From: Actinomycetota bacterium
GTDB lineage: Bacteria; Actinomycetota; JAUVYG01
Assembly (NCBI GenBank): GCA_030603185.1
Contig: JAUVYG010000003.1
Span: 1 to 50,204 of the forward strand
Direction of reading: 5' to 3'
DNA: 50,204 nucleotides
Positions 30,624 through 41,896 of the stretch are shown here, piece by piece. The notes under the pieces are model-generated. The model saw only the letters and a list, made by a program, of their open reading frames with translations. It did no database searches and was not told the origin of the DNA. Position 1 is the first letter of the stretch, and each line of letters begins with the position of its first letter. The position numbers were made by a program, and so were the translations under genes.

Positions 30624-30995
30624 CTATTTAGGAGCTCGGGTGCCGTACTTGGAACGCCCCTGCTTGCGGTCTGCAACACCAGCGGTGTCAAGAGCCGCTC
30701 TGACTATCTTGTAACGAACACCCGGAAGATCCTTCACTCGACCCCCGCGGATAAGCACAATTGAGTGCTCTTGCAGGTTGTGACCGATACCGGGGATATA
30801 TGCGGTGACTTCCATTCCGTTGGTCAAACGAACACGAGCCACCTTGCGCAACGCCGAGTTCGGCTTCTTCGGTGTTGTCGTATAGACACGTACGCAAACG
30901 CCACGCTTCTGAGGCGCTCCGCGAAGACCAGGCGTAGTGGCCTTGGCCTTCTTGCTCTGTCGTCTCTTTTTGACCAGTTGGTTGATGGTCGGCAT
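30624..30995 (-). CDS. rpsL: 30S ribosomal protein S12
   Basis: [20 protein letters not shown]. Confidence 0.99.
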   Translation of the reverse strand: MPTINQLVKKRRQSKKAKATTPGLRGAPQKRGVCVRVYTTTPKKPNSALRKVARVRLTNGMEVTAYIPGIGHNLQEHSIVLIRGGRVKDLPGVRYKIVRAALDTAGVADRKQGRSKYGTRAPK

Positions 30996-31097
30996 ATGAA
31001 CCTTTCGTATTCCTCTAGCTTATTCTTTACCGGCCGGTTTACCCGTTAAAAACGGTCACCAGGCCATGGTCCCCTCTGTCTAAGGGCACAGCGCCAT

Positions 31098-31126
31098 ACA
31101 TTACCAGCGCATACATCCAGTGTCAA
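31098..31126 (-). promoter_or_regulatory. sigmaA promoter of the str operon
   Basis: TTGACA-N17-TAATGT with an extended TG. Confidence 0.8.
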
Positions 31127-31144
31127 GGTTATCCAGAACAACTG

Positions 31145-31181
31145 AAAAGAAAGAGGCGGGGCCGCGTAGCGCCCCCGCCTC
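31145..31181 (-). terminator. Intrinsic terminator after rpoC
   Basis: GAGGCGGGG...CCCCGCCTC followed by TTTCTTTT. Confidence 0.9.
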
Positions 31182-31202
31182 AATAAACTCTGCGGTAGGA
31201 GT

Positions 31203-34200
31203 CTAGCCCTTATCTCCCCGACCGACGGCCACCTCGGTGGCGCTCCCAGATCCCTCTGCAGTCTCACCTGACATACCCGCTTCTAGATCGCCTTCGGTGG
31301 CGCCCAGTAGCTGAGCAAGAGCCTCTCTTTGTGCCTGAAGCACTGACTCCGGCAGTTCAACCTCAACATCACGATAACGCGGCATTCCGGTTGCCGCCGG
31401 AATGAGCTTACCTATGATGACGTTCTCCTTCAGCCCGAGCAATGGATCACTCTTGCCGTCGATAGCTGCATCAGTCAGTACTCTCGTGGTCTCCTGGAAG
31501 GAGGCGGCTGAGAGATAACTGTCAGTTGCCAATGAAGCTTTGGTGATTCCAAGAATCACATTGGCTGCCGTTGCAGGCTCTCCGCCTTCAGCTCTAGCAC
31601 GGTCGTTCTCTTCGTCAAAGTGGAACTTCCCGACAACCTGAAGAGGAAGCATCAAAGTATCACCTGATTCAGCGACCTGAACTCTCTTCATCATCTGGCG
31701 AATGATCACCTCGATATGCTTATCGTTGATCTCAACGCCTTGCAGTCGATACACCTCTTGTACCTCTTGTACCAGGTATATCTGTGTTGCTTGAATTCCC
31801 TTGATGGCGAGAATGTCGTGCGGACTCAGATGACCCGGTGTCAGCTGCATCCCAGCCTTCACGTCATCACCCTCTGAAACCAGTAGTCGGTAACGCTTCG
31901 GAACCTTGTAGTCCTTGGTTACGACATCATCTCCGGAGCCACCAGTCAGCGTCAACGTCCTGGTTTTGTCCGCCTCAATGATTGAAATCTTTCCATCGAT
32001 CTCAGCAAGTACCGCCTGTCCCTTGGGCTTGCGGGCCTCAAAGAGCTCAACAATTCGTGGAAGACCATGCGTGATGTCGGCACCTACGACACCACCGGTG
32101 TGGAATGTACGCATTGTCAGCTGTGTTCCTGGCTCACCGATTGACTGAGCGGCAATGATACCAACGGCCTCACCAATGTCAGCCATCCGCTTATTGGCCA
32201 AACTGAATCCGTAGCATCGAGAGCAAATACCCTGTCGTGCTTCGCAAGTCATCACTGAGCGAACCATGACAGTTTCAAGCTTTGATGCTGCAAGCGCGTC
32301 GAGAATCTTTTCAGTGATTCCCCCGTTTCGGTCCACGATGACCTCACCGGTGTCCGGATCGACGACCTTTTCCACGGCCGCGCGGCCATACAAGCTGTGA
32401 TTCACGTCACCGTGCATGTCGTGTATCTGCTGCGGAATTCCGTCCTCAGTCCCGCAATCATCCTCGCGAATGATCACATCCTGAGACACATCGACCAAAC
32501 GACGGGTCAGGTAACCCGAATCAGCAGTTCTAAGCGCTGTATCGGCAAGCCCCTTTCGGGCACCGTGAGTAGATACGAAATACTCGAGAACGGTAAGGCC
32601 CTCGCGGAAGTTGGCTTTGATGGGCTGGTCGATCGTCTCACCCTTCGGGTTAGAAACCAGACCTCGCATGCCTGCCAGCTGGCGAATCTGCTTGATATTA
32701 CCTCGCGCACCAGAGGTCGCCATCAAGTAGATGGGATTGAATCGATCGAAGTTCTTCTCCATCGCGTCGGTCACGTCGTCCGTAGCCTGCGTCCATAGGT
32801 CCACGACCTGTTGGTGGCGCTCCTCATTCGTGACCAGACCCTTTCGGAACTGCTTCTCTATTTTCTCTACAGCTTCCTCGGGGGCCTTGAGGATATCCTT
32901 CTTGGTAGGAGGAATGGTTACATCCTTAAGTCCGATGGTGATACCCCCTCTAGTGGCGGCATGGAATCCCATTGACTTAATGCCATCAAGGATCTCAGCG
33001 ACATGAGCCGCATCATAGCGCTCTGCACAATCAGAGATTATCTGGCCGAGACGCTTCTTGGCCACGTCCTCGTTGACGTACGGATAGTCCTCCGGCAAAA
33101 CCGAGTTGAACTTGATCCGGCCCGGTGTGGTCTTTACCTTGTCACCATTGAAGCGCCTGACAATGACCAGCTGGCCCCTTTGAATGTCGCCAACGTCCCA
33201 AGCAGCGAGTACCTCGATCTCAGAAGCGAACCTAGCAAGACCCTTCTTGGTCTTTTTGCCAAGAATGTCTTCCTCGTGGATCTCGCCATCATCCACTGGC
33301 TTGTATCCCTTGTAGTCACCCCTGTGGGCGGTAAGGCTGAACACACCGAGAACGATGTCCTGGGTAGGAGTGGTGATAGGCCTTCCGTGAGCAGGAGACA
33401 GAATGTTATGTGAGGACAGCATCAGCAATCTCGCCTCAGCCTGCGCTTCAGCGGACAGAGGAAGGTGGACTGCCATCTGATCTCCGTCGAAGTCGGCGTT
33501 GAATGCCGTGCAGACGAGCGGGTGGATCTGAATAGCTTTTCCTTCGACGAGGATCGGCTCGAACGCCTGGATTCCAAGTCTATGCAGGGTTGGAGCTCTG
33601 TTGAGAAGAACCGGGTGTTCCCTGATTACTTCCTCAAGAACATCCCAGACCATATGCTTTCCACGCTCAACCAGTCGCTTTGCGGTCTTGATGTTCTGAG
33701 CGTGGCCCAGATCAACCAATCGCTTCATCACAAATGGCTTGAACAACTCGAGCGCCATGATCTTCGGGAGCCCGCACTGATGTAGCTTCAGGTTAGGTCC
33801 AACCACGATGACTGAACGACCAGAGTAATCTACTCGTTTTCCAAGCAGGTTCTGACGGAATCTTCCCTGCTTACCCTTAAGCATATCGGAAAGAGACTTC
33901 AGGGGCCTGTTGCCGGGGCCTGTGACCGGACGACCGCGTCTACCGTTGTCAAACAACGCGTCAACAGCCTCTTGCAGCATGCGCTTCTCGTTGTTGACAA
34001 TGATTTCCGGTGCACCAAGATCCAGCAGCCTGCGAAGCCTGTTGTTTCGGTTGATCACTCTTCTATATAGGTCATTGAGGTCGGATGTAGCGAATCGGCC
34101 ACCGTCAAGCTGCACCATCGGACGCAGATCCGGCGGAATAACAGGAACTACATCCAGGATCATCCACTCCGGCTTGTTGCCAGATGTACGAAAAGCGCCA

Positions 34201-35168
34201 ACGACCTTGAGTCTCTTAACTGCGCGCTGTCGCTTCTGTCCCGTAGCGGTACCGATCTCTTCTTTGAGCTTCTCGGCCTCAGCCTCAAGATCCATATGCT
34301 TAAGAAGATCCTTTACTGCCTCGGCACCCATGCCACCGCGGAAGTACTCGGAGTAGTTCTCACGCAGCTCGCGGAAGATATCTTCGTTGCTGATCATCTG
34401 CTTGACTTCAAGGGTCTTGAGAACCTCGAACGCCTCGCGAATAACTTCCTTACTGTGCTCGGTACGGTCGTCAACAGACTTGAGCTCCTTCTTGACGTCC
34501 TCTTCGAGCTTCTTCAGCTCACGTGGCTTTAGTGGTCTAAGCTCGATTACCTCAGGCTCGTCGGACTCCTCTTCTGGAGTCTCTTCCTCGCCCTCGACGA
34601 TCTCTTTCTCGACCGGAACACCCAGAAGGCGCTCTTCGCGTCCCTCGTCGACCAGTCTGATCTCGTCTTCGCGCCTAACATCGACCTGAGCGATCGAGTC
34701 CTCGAGCTCTTCGGCTAGGTCGGACATGTCCGCCTCGATCTTGTCTTTGTCGACATGAGTGATCATGTAGCTGGCAAAGTACAGGATCTTCTCGAGATCC
34801 TTTGGAGCTAGATCAAGAAGATACCCAAGGCGAGATGGTACCCCTTTGAAAAACCATATATGAGAGACAGGGGCCGCGAGCTCTATGTGAGCCATGCGAT
34901 CCCGTCGAACCTTGGCTCGAGTTACCTCAACGCCACAACGCTCGCATATGATTCCCTTGAAACGAATACGCTTGTACTTTCCGCAATAGCACTCCCAGTC
35001 CTTGGTTGGACCGAAGATCTTCTCGCAGAAAAGCCCATCTTTCTCTGGTTTTAGGGTTCTGTAGTTAATGGTCTCTGGCTTCTTGACCTCGCCGCTTGAT
35101 CTACCCCTAATCTGCTCGGGGGAAGCGAGCCCTATCTTTAGGGCACTGAAATGATTCACATCACGCAA
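31203..35168 (-). CDS. rpoC: RNA polymerase beta' subunit
   Basis: Zn-finger CYCGKYK...[24 protein letters not shown]. Start is probably TTG 35168 (SD GGAGG 8 nt upstream; overlaps the rpoB stop). Confidence 0.99.
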   Translation of the reverse strand: MRDVNHFSALKIGLASPEQIRGRSSGEVKKPETINYRTLKPEKDGLFCEKIFGPTKDWECYCGKYKRIRFKGIICERCGVEVTRAKVRRDRMAHIELAAPVSHIWFFKGVPSRLGYLLDLAPKDLEKILYFASYMITHVDKDKIEADMSDLAEELEDSIAQVDVRREDEIRLVDEGREERLLGVPVEKEIVEGEEETPEEESDEPEVIELRPLKPRELKKLEEDVKKELKSVDDRTEHSKEVIREAFEVLKTLEVKQMISNEDIFRELRENYSEYFRGGMGAEAVKDLLKHMDLEAEAEKLKEEIGTATGQKRQRAVKRLKVVGAFRTSGNKPEWMILDVVPVIPPDLRPMVQLDGGRFATSDLNDLYRRVINRNNRLRRLLDLGAPEIIVNNEKRMLQEAVDALFDNGRRGRPVTGPGNRPLKSLSDMLKGKQGRFRQNLLGKRVDYSGRSVIVVGPNLKLHQCGLPKIMALELFKPFVMKRLVDLGHAQNIKTAKRLVERGKHMVWDVLEEVIREHPVLLNRAPTLHRLGIQAFEPILVEGKAIQIHPLVCTAFNADFDGDQMAVHLPLSAEAQAEARLLMLSSHNILSPAHGRPITTPTQDIVLGVFSLTAHRGDYKGYKPVDDGEIHEEDILGKKTKKGLARFASEIEVLAAWDVGDIQRGQLVIVRRFNGDKVKTTPGRIKFNSVLPEDYPYVNEDVAKKRLGQIISDCAERYDAAHVAEILDGIKSMGFHAATRGGITIGLKDVTIPPTKKDILKAPEEAVEKIEKQFRKGLVTNEERHQQVVDLWTQATDDVTDAMEKNFDRFNPIYLMATSGARGNIKQIRQLAGMRGLVSNPKGETIDQPIKANFREGLTVLEYFVSTHGARKGLADTALRTADSGYLTRRLVDVSQDVIIREDDCGTEDGIPQQIHDMHGDVNHSLYGRAAVEKVVDPDTGEVIVDRNGGITEKILDALAASKLETVMVRSVMTCEARQGICSRCYGFSLANKRMADIGEAVGIIAAQSIGEPGTQLTMRTFHTGGVVGADITHGLPRIVELFEARKPKGQAVLAEIDGKISIIEADKTRTLTLTGGSGDDVVTKDYKVPKRYRLLVSEGDDVKAGMQLTPGHLSPHDILAIKGIQATQIYLVQEVQEVYRLQGVEINDKHIEVIIRQMMKRVQVAESGDTLMLPLQVVGKFHFDEENDRARAEGGEPATAANVILGITKASLATDSYLSAASFQETTRVLTDAAIDGKSDPLLGLKENVIIGKLIPAATGMPRYRDVEVELPESVLQAQREALAQLLGATEGDLEAGMSGETAEGSGSATEVAVGRGDKG

Positions 35169-38100
35169 GGGCCTGGCCTCCAGACTTATCACTATCTTCT
35201 GTCGTTCCATCTCCGGTGTCCGCACTCATCGCTTGCTCTTCCGGCGAGCCAGGATCGGCTGGACTATCATTCTTGTCTGCCGGCTTCTTGGGCTTGTCCG
35301 AAGCTGGGCCGGTCAACCCTAGTGTGCCTCGAAGGTCGACACCAAGCTCTTCTGCAGTAGTGAAGATGTCATCCTCGGACTCTCTGAGCTCGATCTCTTG
35401 TCCTTCTGACCCAAGAACCTCGACGTTCAGGCTCAGGCTCTGCATCTCTTTGACTAGAACCTTGAATGACTCCGGGATTCCAGCTTCGGGGATGTTCTCG
35501 CCCTTGACTATCGCCTCGTATGTCCGCACTCGTCCGACAACATCGTCGGATTTTACGGTAAGCATCTCTTGTAGGGTGTGGGCGGCACCGTATGCCTCGA
35601 GAGCCCATACCTCCATCTCTCCGAATCTCTGTCCACCGAACTGCGCCTTACCACCCAGCGGCTGCTGAGTAACCAAGGAGTACGGTCCGGTCGAACGAGC
35701 ATGAATCTTATCGTCGACCAGGTGGTGCAGTTTAAGCACATAAATCTGACCAACAGTGATCGGGTGGTCGAACTTTTCTCCGGTGCGACCATGGAACAGC
35801 GTCGCCTTACCATCCTCGGGAAGGCCGGCCTTCTTGAGGGCTTCCCCGATCTCATCCTCGGTTGCGCCGTGGAAGACCGGAGTGGCAGTAAATGTCCGTG
35901 GATCGGCCTCGCCGTTGCGACGCCTAGACCCACCGGTGGGCCCGTCGAAACCTGCGGCAGCAGCCCACCCCAAGGTAGTCTCAAAAATCTGTCCGAGATT
36001 CATTCGTGAGGGAACACCTAGAGGGTTCAGAATAATATCAAGTGGCGTACCGTCCTCAAGGAACGGCATGTCCTCGACCGGCAGGATCTTCGAAATAACA
36101 CCCTTATTTCCGTGGCGACCAGCGAGCTTGTCACCTTCGGATATTTTCCTCTTCTGAGCAACGAACACTCTAACAAGCTTGTTCACACCTGGTGATAGCT
36201 CATCGCCGTTCTCCCTCGAGAAGGTATGCACATCGATAACCGTGCCGGTTTCACCGTGAGGAACCTTAAGGGAGGTGTCTCTGACCTCGCGGACCTTCTC
36301 GCCGAAGATCGCGCGAAGTAGTCTTTCCTCCGCCGTTAGCTCGGTCTCTCCCTTTGGAGTGACTTTGCCGCACAGAAGATCGCCGGGTCGTACCTCCGCA
36401 CCAACGCGGATAATACCTTCCTCGTCCATATCAGCCAGTGACTCTTCACCGATATTCGGAATGTCCCTTGTGATCTCTTCTGGTCCGAGCTTCGTGTCTC
36501 TGGCTTCGACCTCGTGCTCTTCTATGTGGATAGAGGTAAGCACGTCCTCTTTGACCAGACGCTCACTGATAATGATAGCGTCCTCGTAGTTGTAGCCCTC
36601 CCATGGCATGAAGGCCACAAGTAGGTTGCGTCCGAGTGCCAGCTCACCCTCATCGGTAGCTGCACCATCAGCGAGTACCTGTCCAGCTGTTACCTTGTCG
36701 CCCACGCTGACGAGAGGCCTCTCGTTGATACAAGTACCTTGGTTGGACCTGCGGAACTTCTGGACACTATAGGTGTCGCGCTCTTTATTGCTTCTCTCGA
36801 CGGTGATGCTCTGAGCATCTACCTCGACAATCTTTCCGGGATTCTGAGCTGTAATGACCTCGCCAGTATCCTTAACGGCTCGGTGCTCTACTCCGGTTCC
36901 CACAAGGGGTGCCTCGGTGTTGAGCAGTGGAACGGCCTGACGCTGCATGTTCGAACCCATGAGCGCTCGGTTCGCATCGTCGTGCTCAAGGAACGGGATA
37001 AGTGCCGTCGCCACAGACACGATCTGGGCGGGAGCAACATCCATGTAGTCCACTTCAGTAGGAGCAACTCGCGTAACTTCCTCTTCTTTCTCGCGAACGA
37101 GAACAGATGGACCGGCGAGTTTGCCTTTGCTATCAACCTCGGCATTCGCCTGAGCGATAACATAGACGTCCTCTTCGTCCGCCGTCAGGTACTGAATCTC
37201 ATCAGTTACAACCCCCTTGACCACCTTGAGGTAAGGAGTCTCGATGAATCCGAAGTCGTTGAGTGTTCCGTATGTCGCAAGAGATCCGATGAGTCCGATG
37301 TTCGGACCTTCCGGCGTCTCAATAGGACACATACGTCCATAGTGGGACGGATGAACATCTCGAACCTCGAAGCCGGCTCTCTCTCGGGAAAGACCGCCAG
37401 GTCCAAGCGCAGAAAGTCGACGCTTGTGTGTTAGTCCGGATAGTGGGTTGGTTTGATCCATGAACTGTGACAACTGTGAAGATCCGAAGAACTCCTTGAT
37501 GGCAGCCACAACTGGACGGATATTAACCAACGCCTGTGGGGTGATGGTTTCAGTGTCTACAGTGTTCATTCGCTCACGAATGACACGCTCCATTCTCTGG
37601 AGACCAACTCTGAACTGTCCCTTGATAAGCTCACCGACGGATCGAACGCGACGATTGCCGAAGTGATCGATATCGTCAACGTGGTAGCCGGGTTCACCCT
37701 GATGCAGTTTTACCAAGTATATGATGGCATCACGCAGGTCAGCGATGGTCAGAACAGTGGTATCGATAGGTACATCGACGCCAAGCTTCTTATTGAGCTT
37801 GTAGCGACCAACCTTCGCCAGGTCATACCTGTTCGGGTTGAAGAACAACGTGTTCACAAGGTTCTTTGCGGAATCGATTGTTGGAGGCTCACCTGGGCGA
37901 AGACGCCTGTAGAGCTCAAACAAAGCCTCTTCCTGAGTCTCTGTCGCATCCTTCTCGATCGTGTTCTGCATCGAAGGAGCGTTGTCGAAGGTCTCGAGTA
38001 ACGCCTGGTTGGTGTCTAATCCGGGCTCACCGAGGGCCTTGAGAAGAACACTAATAGGCAGACGGCGCTTGCGATCGATTCGCACGCCGACGATGTCCTT

Positions 38101-38622
38101 CTTGTCTACATCGAACTCGAGCCAAGCACCCCGGCTCGGGATCATCTTGGCGCTGAACAACTCTTTGTCAGATGTTTTATCCATCTCGGTGTCGAAGTAG
38201 ACACCCGGTGAACGGACTAGCTGTGAGACCACAACTCGCTCGGTCCCGTTAATAACGAAGGTTCCCCGCGATGTCATCAGTGGGAAATCACCCATGAAGA
38301 CGTTCTGCTCTTTTATCTCGCCCGTGTCTTTATTGATAAAGCGGACAAGAACATTGAGCGGAGCCGCGTAAGTGTGATCCTTCTCGCGACACTCGAATTC
38401 AGAGAATTTAATTTCCCCGAATTCATGCGCACCAAATTCGAGGACTAGGTTTCCCGTAAAGTCCTCGATGGGTGATATCTCTTGAAATGCCTGTTTTAGT
38501 CCCTCTATTTTGAACTTCTCGAAGGATCTGGTCTGAATCTGGATCAGGTCTGGAAGCTGGAGTTTCTCTTCGATCTTGCCGAAAGAGCGCCGAGTACGAA
38601 CGCCCGAAGGGGCTGATGTCAA
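35161..38622 (-). CDS. rpoB: RNA polymerase beta subunit
   Basis: [47 protein letters not shown]. Confidence 0.99.
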   Translation of the reverse strand: MTSAPSGVRTRRSFGKIEEKLQLPDLIQIQTRSFEKFKIEGLKQAFQEISPIEDFTGNLVLEFGAHEFGEIKFSEFECREKDHTYAAPLNVLVRFINKDTGEIKEQNVFMGDFPLMTSRGTFVINGTERVVVSQLVRSPGVYFDTEMDKTSDKELFSAKMIPSRGAWLEFDVDKKDIVGVRIDRKRRLPISVLLKALGEPGLDTNQALLETFDNAPSMQNTIEKDATETQEEALFELYRRLRPGEPPTIDSAKNLVNTLFFNPNRYDLAKVGRYKLNKKLGVDVPIDTTVLTIADLRDAIIYLVKLHQGEPGYHVDDIDHFGNRRVRSVGELIKGQFRVGLQRMERVIRERMNTVDTETITPQALVNIRPVVAAIKEFFGSSQLSQFMDQTNPLSGLTHKRRLSALGPGGLSRERAGFEVRDVHPSHYGRMCPIETPEGPNIGLIGSLATYGTLNDFGFIETPYLKVVKGVVTDEIQYLTADEEDVYVIAQANAEVDSKGKLAGPSVLVREKEEEVTRVAPTEVDYMDVAPAQIVSVATALIPFLEHDDANRALMGSNMQRQAVPLLNTEAPLVGTGVEHRAVKDTGEVITAQNPGKIVEVDAQSITVERSNKERDTYSVQKFRRSNQGTCINERPLVSVGDKVTAGQVLADGAATDEGELALGRNLLVAFMPWEGYNYEDAIIISERLVKEDVLTSIHIEEHEVEARDTKLGPEEITRDIPNIGEESLADMDEEGIIRVGAEVRPGDLLCGKVTPKGETELTAEERLLRAIFGEKVREVRDTSLKVPHGETGTVIDVHTFSRENGDELSPGVNKLVRVFVAQKRKISEGDKLAGRHGNKGVISKILPVEDMPFLEDGTPLDIILNPLGVPSRMNLGQIFETTLGWAAAAGFDGPTGGSRRRNGEADPRTFTATPVFHGATEDEIGEALKKAGLPEDGKATLFHGRTGEKFDHPITVGQIYVLKLHHLVDDKIHARSTGPYSLVTQQPLGGKAQFGGQRFGEMEVWALEAYGAAHTLQEMLTVKSDDVVGRVRTYEAIVKGENIPEAGIPESFKVLVKEMQSLSLNVEVLGSEGQEIELRESEDDIFTTAEELGVDLRGTLGLTGPASDKPKKPADKNDSPADPGSPEEQAMSADTGDGTTEDSDKSGGQALA

Positions 38623-38680
38623 AGCTTTCCCCCTTTAGTGGTTATTGGAACACAACAAAGCCGACACACGGCAAACAGAG

Positions 38681-38709
38681 AACATACCATTGCAATCTGC
38701 TGCCGTCAA
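38681..38709 (-). promoter_or_regulatory. sigmaA promoter of rpoBC
   Basis: TTGACG-N17-TATGTT with an extended TG. Confidence 0.75.
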
Positions 38710-38777
38710 CTGATACAGCCCGCCCGGATTAGTAGCTACGATGTCGGATTACGCAGCTCCCCGGGCGGGCCTCAGTT
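38708..38777 (-). other. Long stem-loop between rplL and rpoB
   Basis: Nested pairings AACTGA/TCAGTT, GCCCGCCCGG/CCGGGCGGGC and AGCTGCG/CGTAGCT. Confidence 0.65.
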
Positions 38778-38787
38778 AAAAGCGTAT

Positions 38788-39168
38788 TTACTTAAGCTCT
38801 ACAGTAGCGCCAGCTGCTTCGAGCTGCTCCTTGAACTTGTCGGCCTCGTCCTTTGTAACGCCTTCCTTGACGGGAGTTGGAGCACTCTCGACAAGATCCT
38901 TCGCTTCTTTTAGGCCAAGGCTGGTGATTGCGCGAACTTCCTTGATTACCTGAATCTTCTTGTCGCCAGCAGCAGTGAGGACCACGTCGAACTCGGTCTT
39001 CTCTTCTGAGCCACCGGCGTCTCCGCCTGCAGCTGGACCAGCAGCCATAGCCATTGGCATTGCAGCGCTAACGCCGAATACCTCTTCGAGCTCAGATACT
39101 AGCTCTGAGAGCTCGATAGCGCTCATCTCTTTGATAGCGTTTATCATTTCGTCTTTCGTAAGTGCCAT
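38788..39168 (-). CDS. rplL: 50S ribosomal protein L7/L12
   Basis: [28 protein letters not shown]. Confidence 0.99.
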   Translation of the reverse strand: MALTKDEMINAIKEMSAIELSELVSELEEVFGVSAAMPMAMAAGPAAGGDAGGSEEKTEFDVVLTAAGDKKIQVIKEVRAITSLGLKEAKDLVESAPTPVKEGVTKDEADKFKEQLEAAGATVELK

Positions 39169-39195
39169 TTATCCTCCTAGGGATATTCAGTGCGG

Positions 39196-39720
39196 CTACG
39201 CCGCCTCTTCCTTTTGTTTCACGATCTGACCTAGCACAGTCGCAAGTGACTGTGGTGGTCGGTTGAGTACACGAACCAGTCCCGACAATGGGGAGTTGAG
39301 TGAGCCAACGAGCTTTGCAAGCAGTTCGTCGCGGGACGGTAGGTTGGCAAGTACCACTACCTGACTAGCGTCGATTACTTTGCCGTCAAGCAGTCCTGCT
39401 CGGATCTCGAGCTTTTCTGAATCCTTACCGAAGTCATTCAGAGCCTTCGCGGCTGCGGTAATATCGCCACCGCAAAACGCAATAGCGATAGGTCCCTGAA
39501 GATGTTCATCTAGGCCCTCAATGCCAGCTTCGCTGGCCGCTCTTTTTACAAGGGTATTCTTGAGAACTCGAAATGTGGTCTGGTCGCTCGAAAGCTTCCG
39601 GCGCAGTTCAGTGATGTCTGCAACAGTTAGTCCACGGTAGTCCGAGAGAATAAGGTCCGAGTGCCCTCTAAGGAGCTCGGCTATCTCTTGTACTTTTTGA
39701 ACCTTTTCAGCTGTAGGCAT
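39196..39720 (-). CDS. rplJ: 50S ribosomal protein L10
   Basis: DYRGLTV, KNTL, LPSRDELLA. ATG 39720 follows SD AAGGAGGTGA. Confidence 0.98.
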   Translation of the reverse strand: MPTAEKVQKVQEIAELLRGHSDLILSDYRGLTVADITELRRKLSSDQTTFRVLKNTLVKRAASEAGIEGLDEHLQGPIAIAFCGGDITAAAKALNDFGKDSEKLEIRAGLLDGKVIDASQVVVLANLPSRDELLAKLVGSLNSPLSGLVRVLNRPPQSLATVLGQIVKQKEEAA

Positions 39721-39767
39721 ACACTTCACCTCCTTTCGCCGGAAATTTAATTGGTCTGGGGGCCAAT

Positions 39768-39885
39768 AAAAAAAGCCCCTCCTTAAGACGGAGGGGCTAA
39801 AAATCACTCGCGCGAAGTTACCCATTCCGACCTCGGCAGGAAATTAAGTCCAACAAGTTGGACGCCTACTGTCTTAAGTCCGGCA
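39768..39885 (-). ncRNA. L10 leader (rplJL autoregulatory attenuator) with terminator
   Basis: Core AAGACAGTAGG-[GTCCAAC/GTTGGAC hairpin]-TTAA..CCTGCCGAGGT; terminator AGCCCCTCC/GGAGGGGCT with T-run at 39768-39798. Confidence 0.88.
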
Positions 39886-39892
39886 AGTGAGA

Positions 39893-39921
39893 AGGATATC
39901 ATTTAGCCCTCTCCCAGTCAA
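39893..39921 (-). promoter_or_regulatory. sigmaA promoter of rplJL
   Basis: TTGACT-N17-TATCCT with an extended TG, immediately 5' of the L10 leader. Confidence 0.75.
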
Positions 39922-39966
39922 TAGTCTGAGTTTTGTCGTAGAATAAAGGTTACCCGAAGGAGGAGT

Positions 39967-40101
39967 ATGGACATCAACTGGTTGCCCGTCGTCGTCATAC
40001 TAATCGTGGTTGCTGTATTCGGCTTTCGAAGCTATTTGGAAAAAAAGAGGCGCGACCACAAGACCGACACTTCCCAGTCCAAGTGGAGCGACCGCCGCTA
40101 G
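39967..40101 (+). CDS. Unannotated 44-aa single-pass membrane microprotein
   Basis: MDINWLPVVVILIVVAVFGFRSYLEKKRRDHKTDTSQSKWSDRR*. GAAGGAGGAG lies directly upstream, TAGAAT is at 39939-39944, and the TM helix is followed by KKRR. Confidence 0.7.
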   Translation: MDINWLPVVVILIVVAVFGFRSYLEKKRRDHKTDTSQSKWSDRR

Positions 40102-40103
40102 GG

Positions 40104-40817
40104 CTACTCGCTGTCTTCCAGGATGTCCTTTGTGGCTATTGAGTCTACCCTCGCCGAAGGACCCATGGTCGAGGTCATGAAAATACTCTTAACGTATTTG
40201 CCCTTTGAACCAGATGGTTTAGCTCGCATGATCTCATCTACCACTGAAGCATAGTTCTCGAGAAGAGCCTGCTCATCGAAGGAAGCCTTGCCGATAGGAA
40301 CGTGACAGATGCCGAACTTATCGTTGCGGTACTCTACCTTGCCGGCCTTGATGTCTTTTACTGCTTTTGCCACATCAAAGGTGACGGTTCCAACCTTTGG
40401 GTTCGGCATCAAGCCCCGTGGCCCAAGAGCCCTACCGAGCTTTCCAACTGTTCCCATAACATCCGGAGTGGCAATACAAGCATCGAAGTCCATCTTGCCC
40501 TTCTCGATGTCTGCTGCAAGTTCAGCAAGTCCAACAAGCTCGGCTCCGGCATCAGTGGCCTCTTTAGCCTTCTCGCCTTCAGCAAACACGGCAACCCGGA
40601 TGTTCTTTCCTGTTCCGTTTGGAAGACTGATTGTACCTCGTAGCGATTGATCAGCTTGGCGGGGGTCGATACCCAAACGAAAGTGGGCCTCGATAGTTTC
40701 GTCGAATTTTGCCTTTGCGCCGACTTTGACGACTGCGACTGCATCCTTGGGACTGTAGGTCTTGTCCACGTCAACCGCGTCGGCGGCAGACTTGTACCTT
40801 TTGCCTTTTTGGGCCAT
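40104..40817 (-). CDS. rplA: 50S ribosomal protein L1
   Basis: [29 protein letters not shown] 40817 follows SD AGGAGG. Confidence 0.99.
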   Translation of the reverse strand: MAQKGKRYKSAADAVDVDKTYSPKDAVAVVKVGAKAKFDETIEAHFRLGIDPRQADQSLRGTISLPNGTGKNIRVAVFAEGEKAKEATDAGAELVGLAELAADIEKGKMDFDACIATPDVMGTVGKLGRALGPRGLMPNPKVGTVTFDVAKAVKDIKAGKVEYRNDKFGICHVPIGKASFDEQALLENYASVVDEIMRAKPSGSKGKYVKSIFMTSTMGPSARVDSIATKDILEDSE

Positions 40818-40830
40818 GCGTTTTCCTCCT

Positions 40831-40863
40831 GTGGTCAAACAGCGGGGTGTTCCCGCCTCCCAC
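40831..40863 (-). promoter_or_regulatory. Putative L1-binding translational operator upstream of rplA
   Basis: GTG-GGAG-GCGGG...CCCGC-TGTTTGAC-CAC stem with a GGGAG internal loop, directly 5' of the rplA SD. Confidence 0.7.
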
Positions 40864-40910
40864 CTAGGGGTTTAAGGAGCGCCGCTGGCGCTCCATTTTT
40901 CACGAACTAT

Positions 40911-41336
40911 CTAGTCGATGACCTCAAGGCCCATGGACCTTGCGGTGCCGGCGATTATCTTGGCGCCTGCGTCGACATCATTTGCACTGATGTCATCCAT
41001 CTTCGTCTGTGCGATCTCTTTGCACTGATCCAGGGTCACAGTTCCAACCTTATCGCGGTTAGGTTCGCCCGATCCTGACTTAATGCCGGCAGCGGCCTTA
41101 AGCAGAACCGCAGCAGGGGGAGATTTCGTTATGAACGAAAAGGTGCGGTCCTCATACACGGTGATCTCAACAGGAATGATCGTGCCTGACTGCTCTTTAG
41201 TCTTATCATTATAGGCCTTGCAGAAGTCCATGATGTTTACACCATGCTGACCCAGTGCGGGACCTACGGGTGGAGCGGGATTCGCACCGCCGGCAGGTAT
41301 CTGAAGTTTGATTAGTGACAGGACTTTCTTGGCCAT
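40911..41336 (-). CDS. rplK: 50S ribosomal protein L11
   Basis: [26 protein letters not shown]. Confidence 0.99.
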   Translation of the reverse strand: MAKKVLSLIKLQIPAGGANPAPPVGPALGQHGVNIMDFCKAYNDKTKEQSGTIIPVEITVYEDRTFSFITKSPPAAVLLKAAAGIKSGSGEPNRDKVGTVTLDQCKEIAQTKMDDISANDVDAGAKIIAGTARSMGLEVID

Positions 41337-41345
41337 GGGTTCTCC

Positions 41346-41885
41346 CTACAGTTTTGCTACCTGGTCAAACGCCAGTTCAACAGGTGTATCTCTTCCGAAA
41401 ATATTTACTAGTACCTTTAGCTTGCTCTGATCGACGTTGATCTCACTAATAGTTCCTTCGAACTCTGCGAGAGGTCCGTCGTTGACCTTGACGCTCTCAC
41501 CGACTGTGAACTCAGTCTTAGGCTTCGGCTTCGAGAACGTCTTACGCTTGAGTATTCGTTCTACCTCGAGCTCGGACAGCGGTGTCGGTTTGCCGCCCTG
41601 CCCAACGAATCCGGTGACTCCCGGTGTGTTGCGAACAACGTACCAAGAGTCGTCGTCCAGCTGCATGCTAACCAGGATGTATCCCGGAAAGACCTTGCGC
41701 TGCACAACATTTTTCTTGCGACCCTTGACCTCGATTACATCCTCGGTCGGGATCTCGATGTCAAAGATCTTGTCAAGAACCTCCATTGAGCGCACTCGGT
41801 GCTCAAGGTTGGTCTTAACTTTATTCTCGTATCCTGAATAGGTATGTACGACATACCATCTACGATTTCCGGTGGCGAGAGCCAC
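41346..41885 (-). CDS. nusG: Transcription factor NusG
   Basis: [39 protein letters not shown]. Confidence 0.99.
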   Translation of the reverse strand: MALATGNRRWYVVHTYSGYENKVKTNLEHRVRSMEVLDKIFDIEIPTEDVIEVKGRKKNVVQRKVFPGYILVSMQLDDDSWYVVRNTPGVTGFVGQGGKPTPLSELEVERILKRKTFSKPKPKTEFTVGESVKVNDGPLAEFEGTISEINVDQSKLKVLVNIFGRDTPVELAFDQVAKL

Positions 41886-41896
41886 AGATCACACTC

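Noticed and set aside
35161-35225. 65-nt rpoB/rpoC overlap suggesting a frameshift fusion
   Set aside because: An SD-supported TTG at 35168 gives an ordinary 8-nt overlap, and no slippery sequence is visible.
11608-38200. Many + strand ORFs of 60-264 aa antisense to ribosomal, tuf, fusA and rpoBC genes (e.g. 24840-25634, 36739-37434)
   Set aside because: They lie opposite highly conserved genes, and I recognised no motifs in them. They are the expected antisense shadows of biased codon usage.
39721-39825. 35-aa N-terminal extension of L10 in the ORF track, or a leader peptide
   Set aside because: It runs through the L10-leader terminator, and a strong SD marks ATG 39720.
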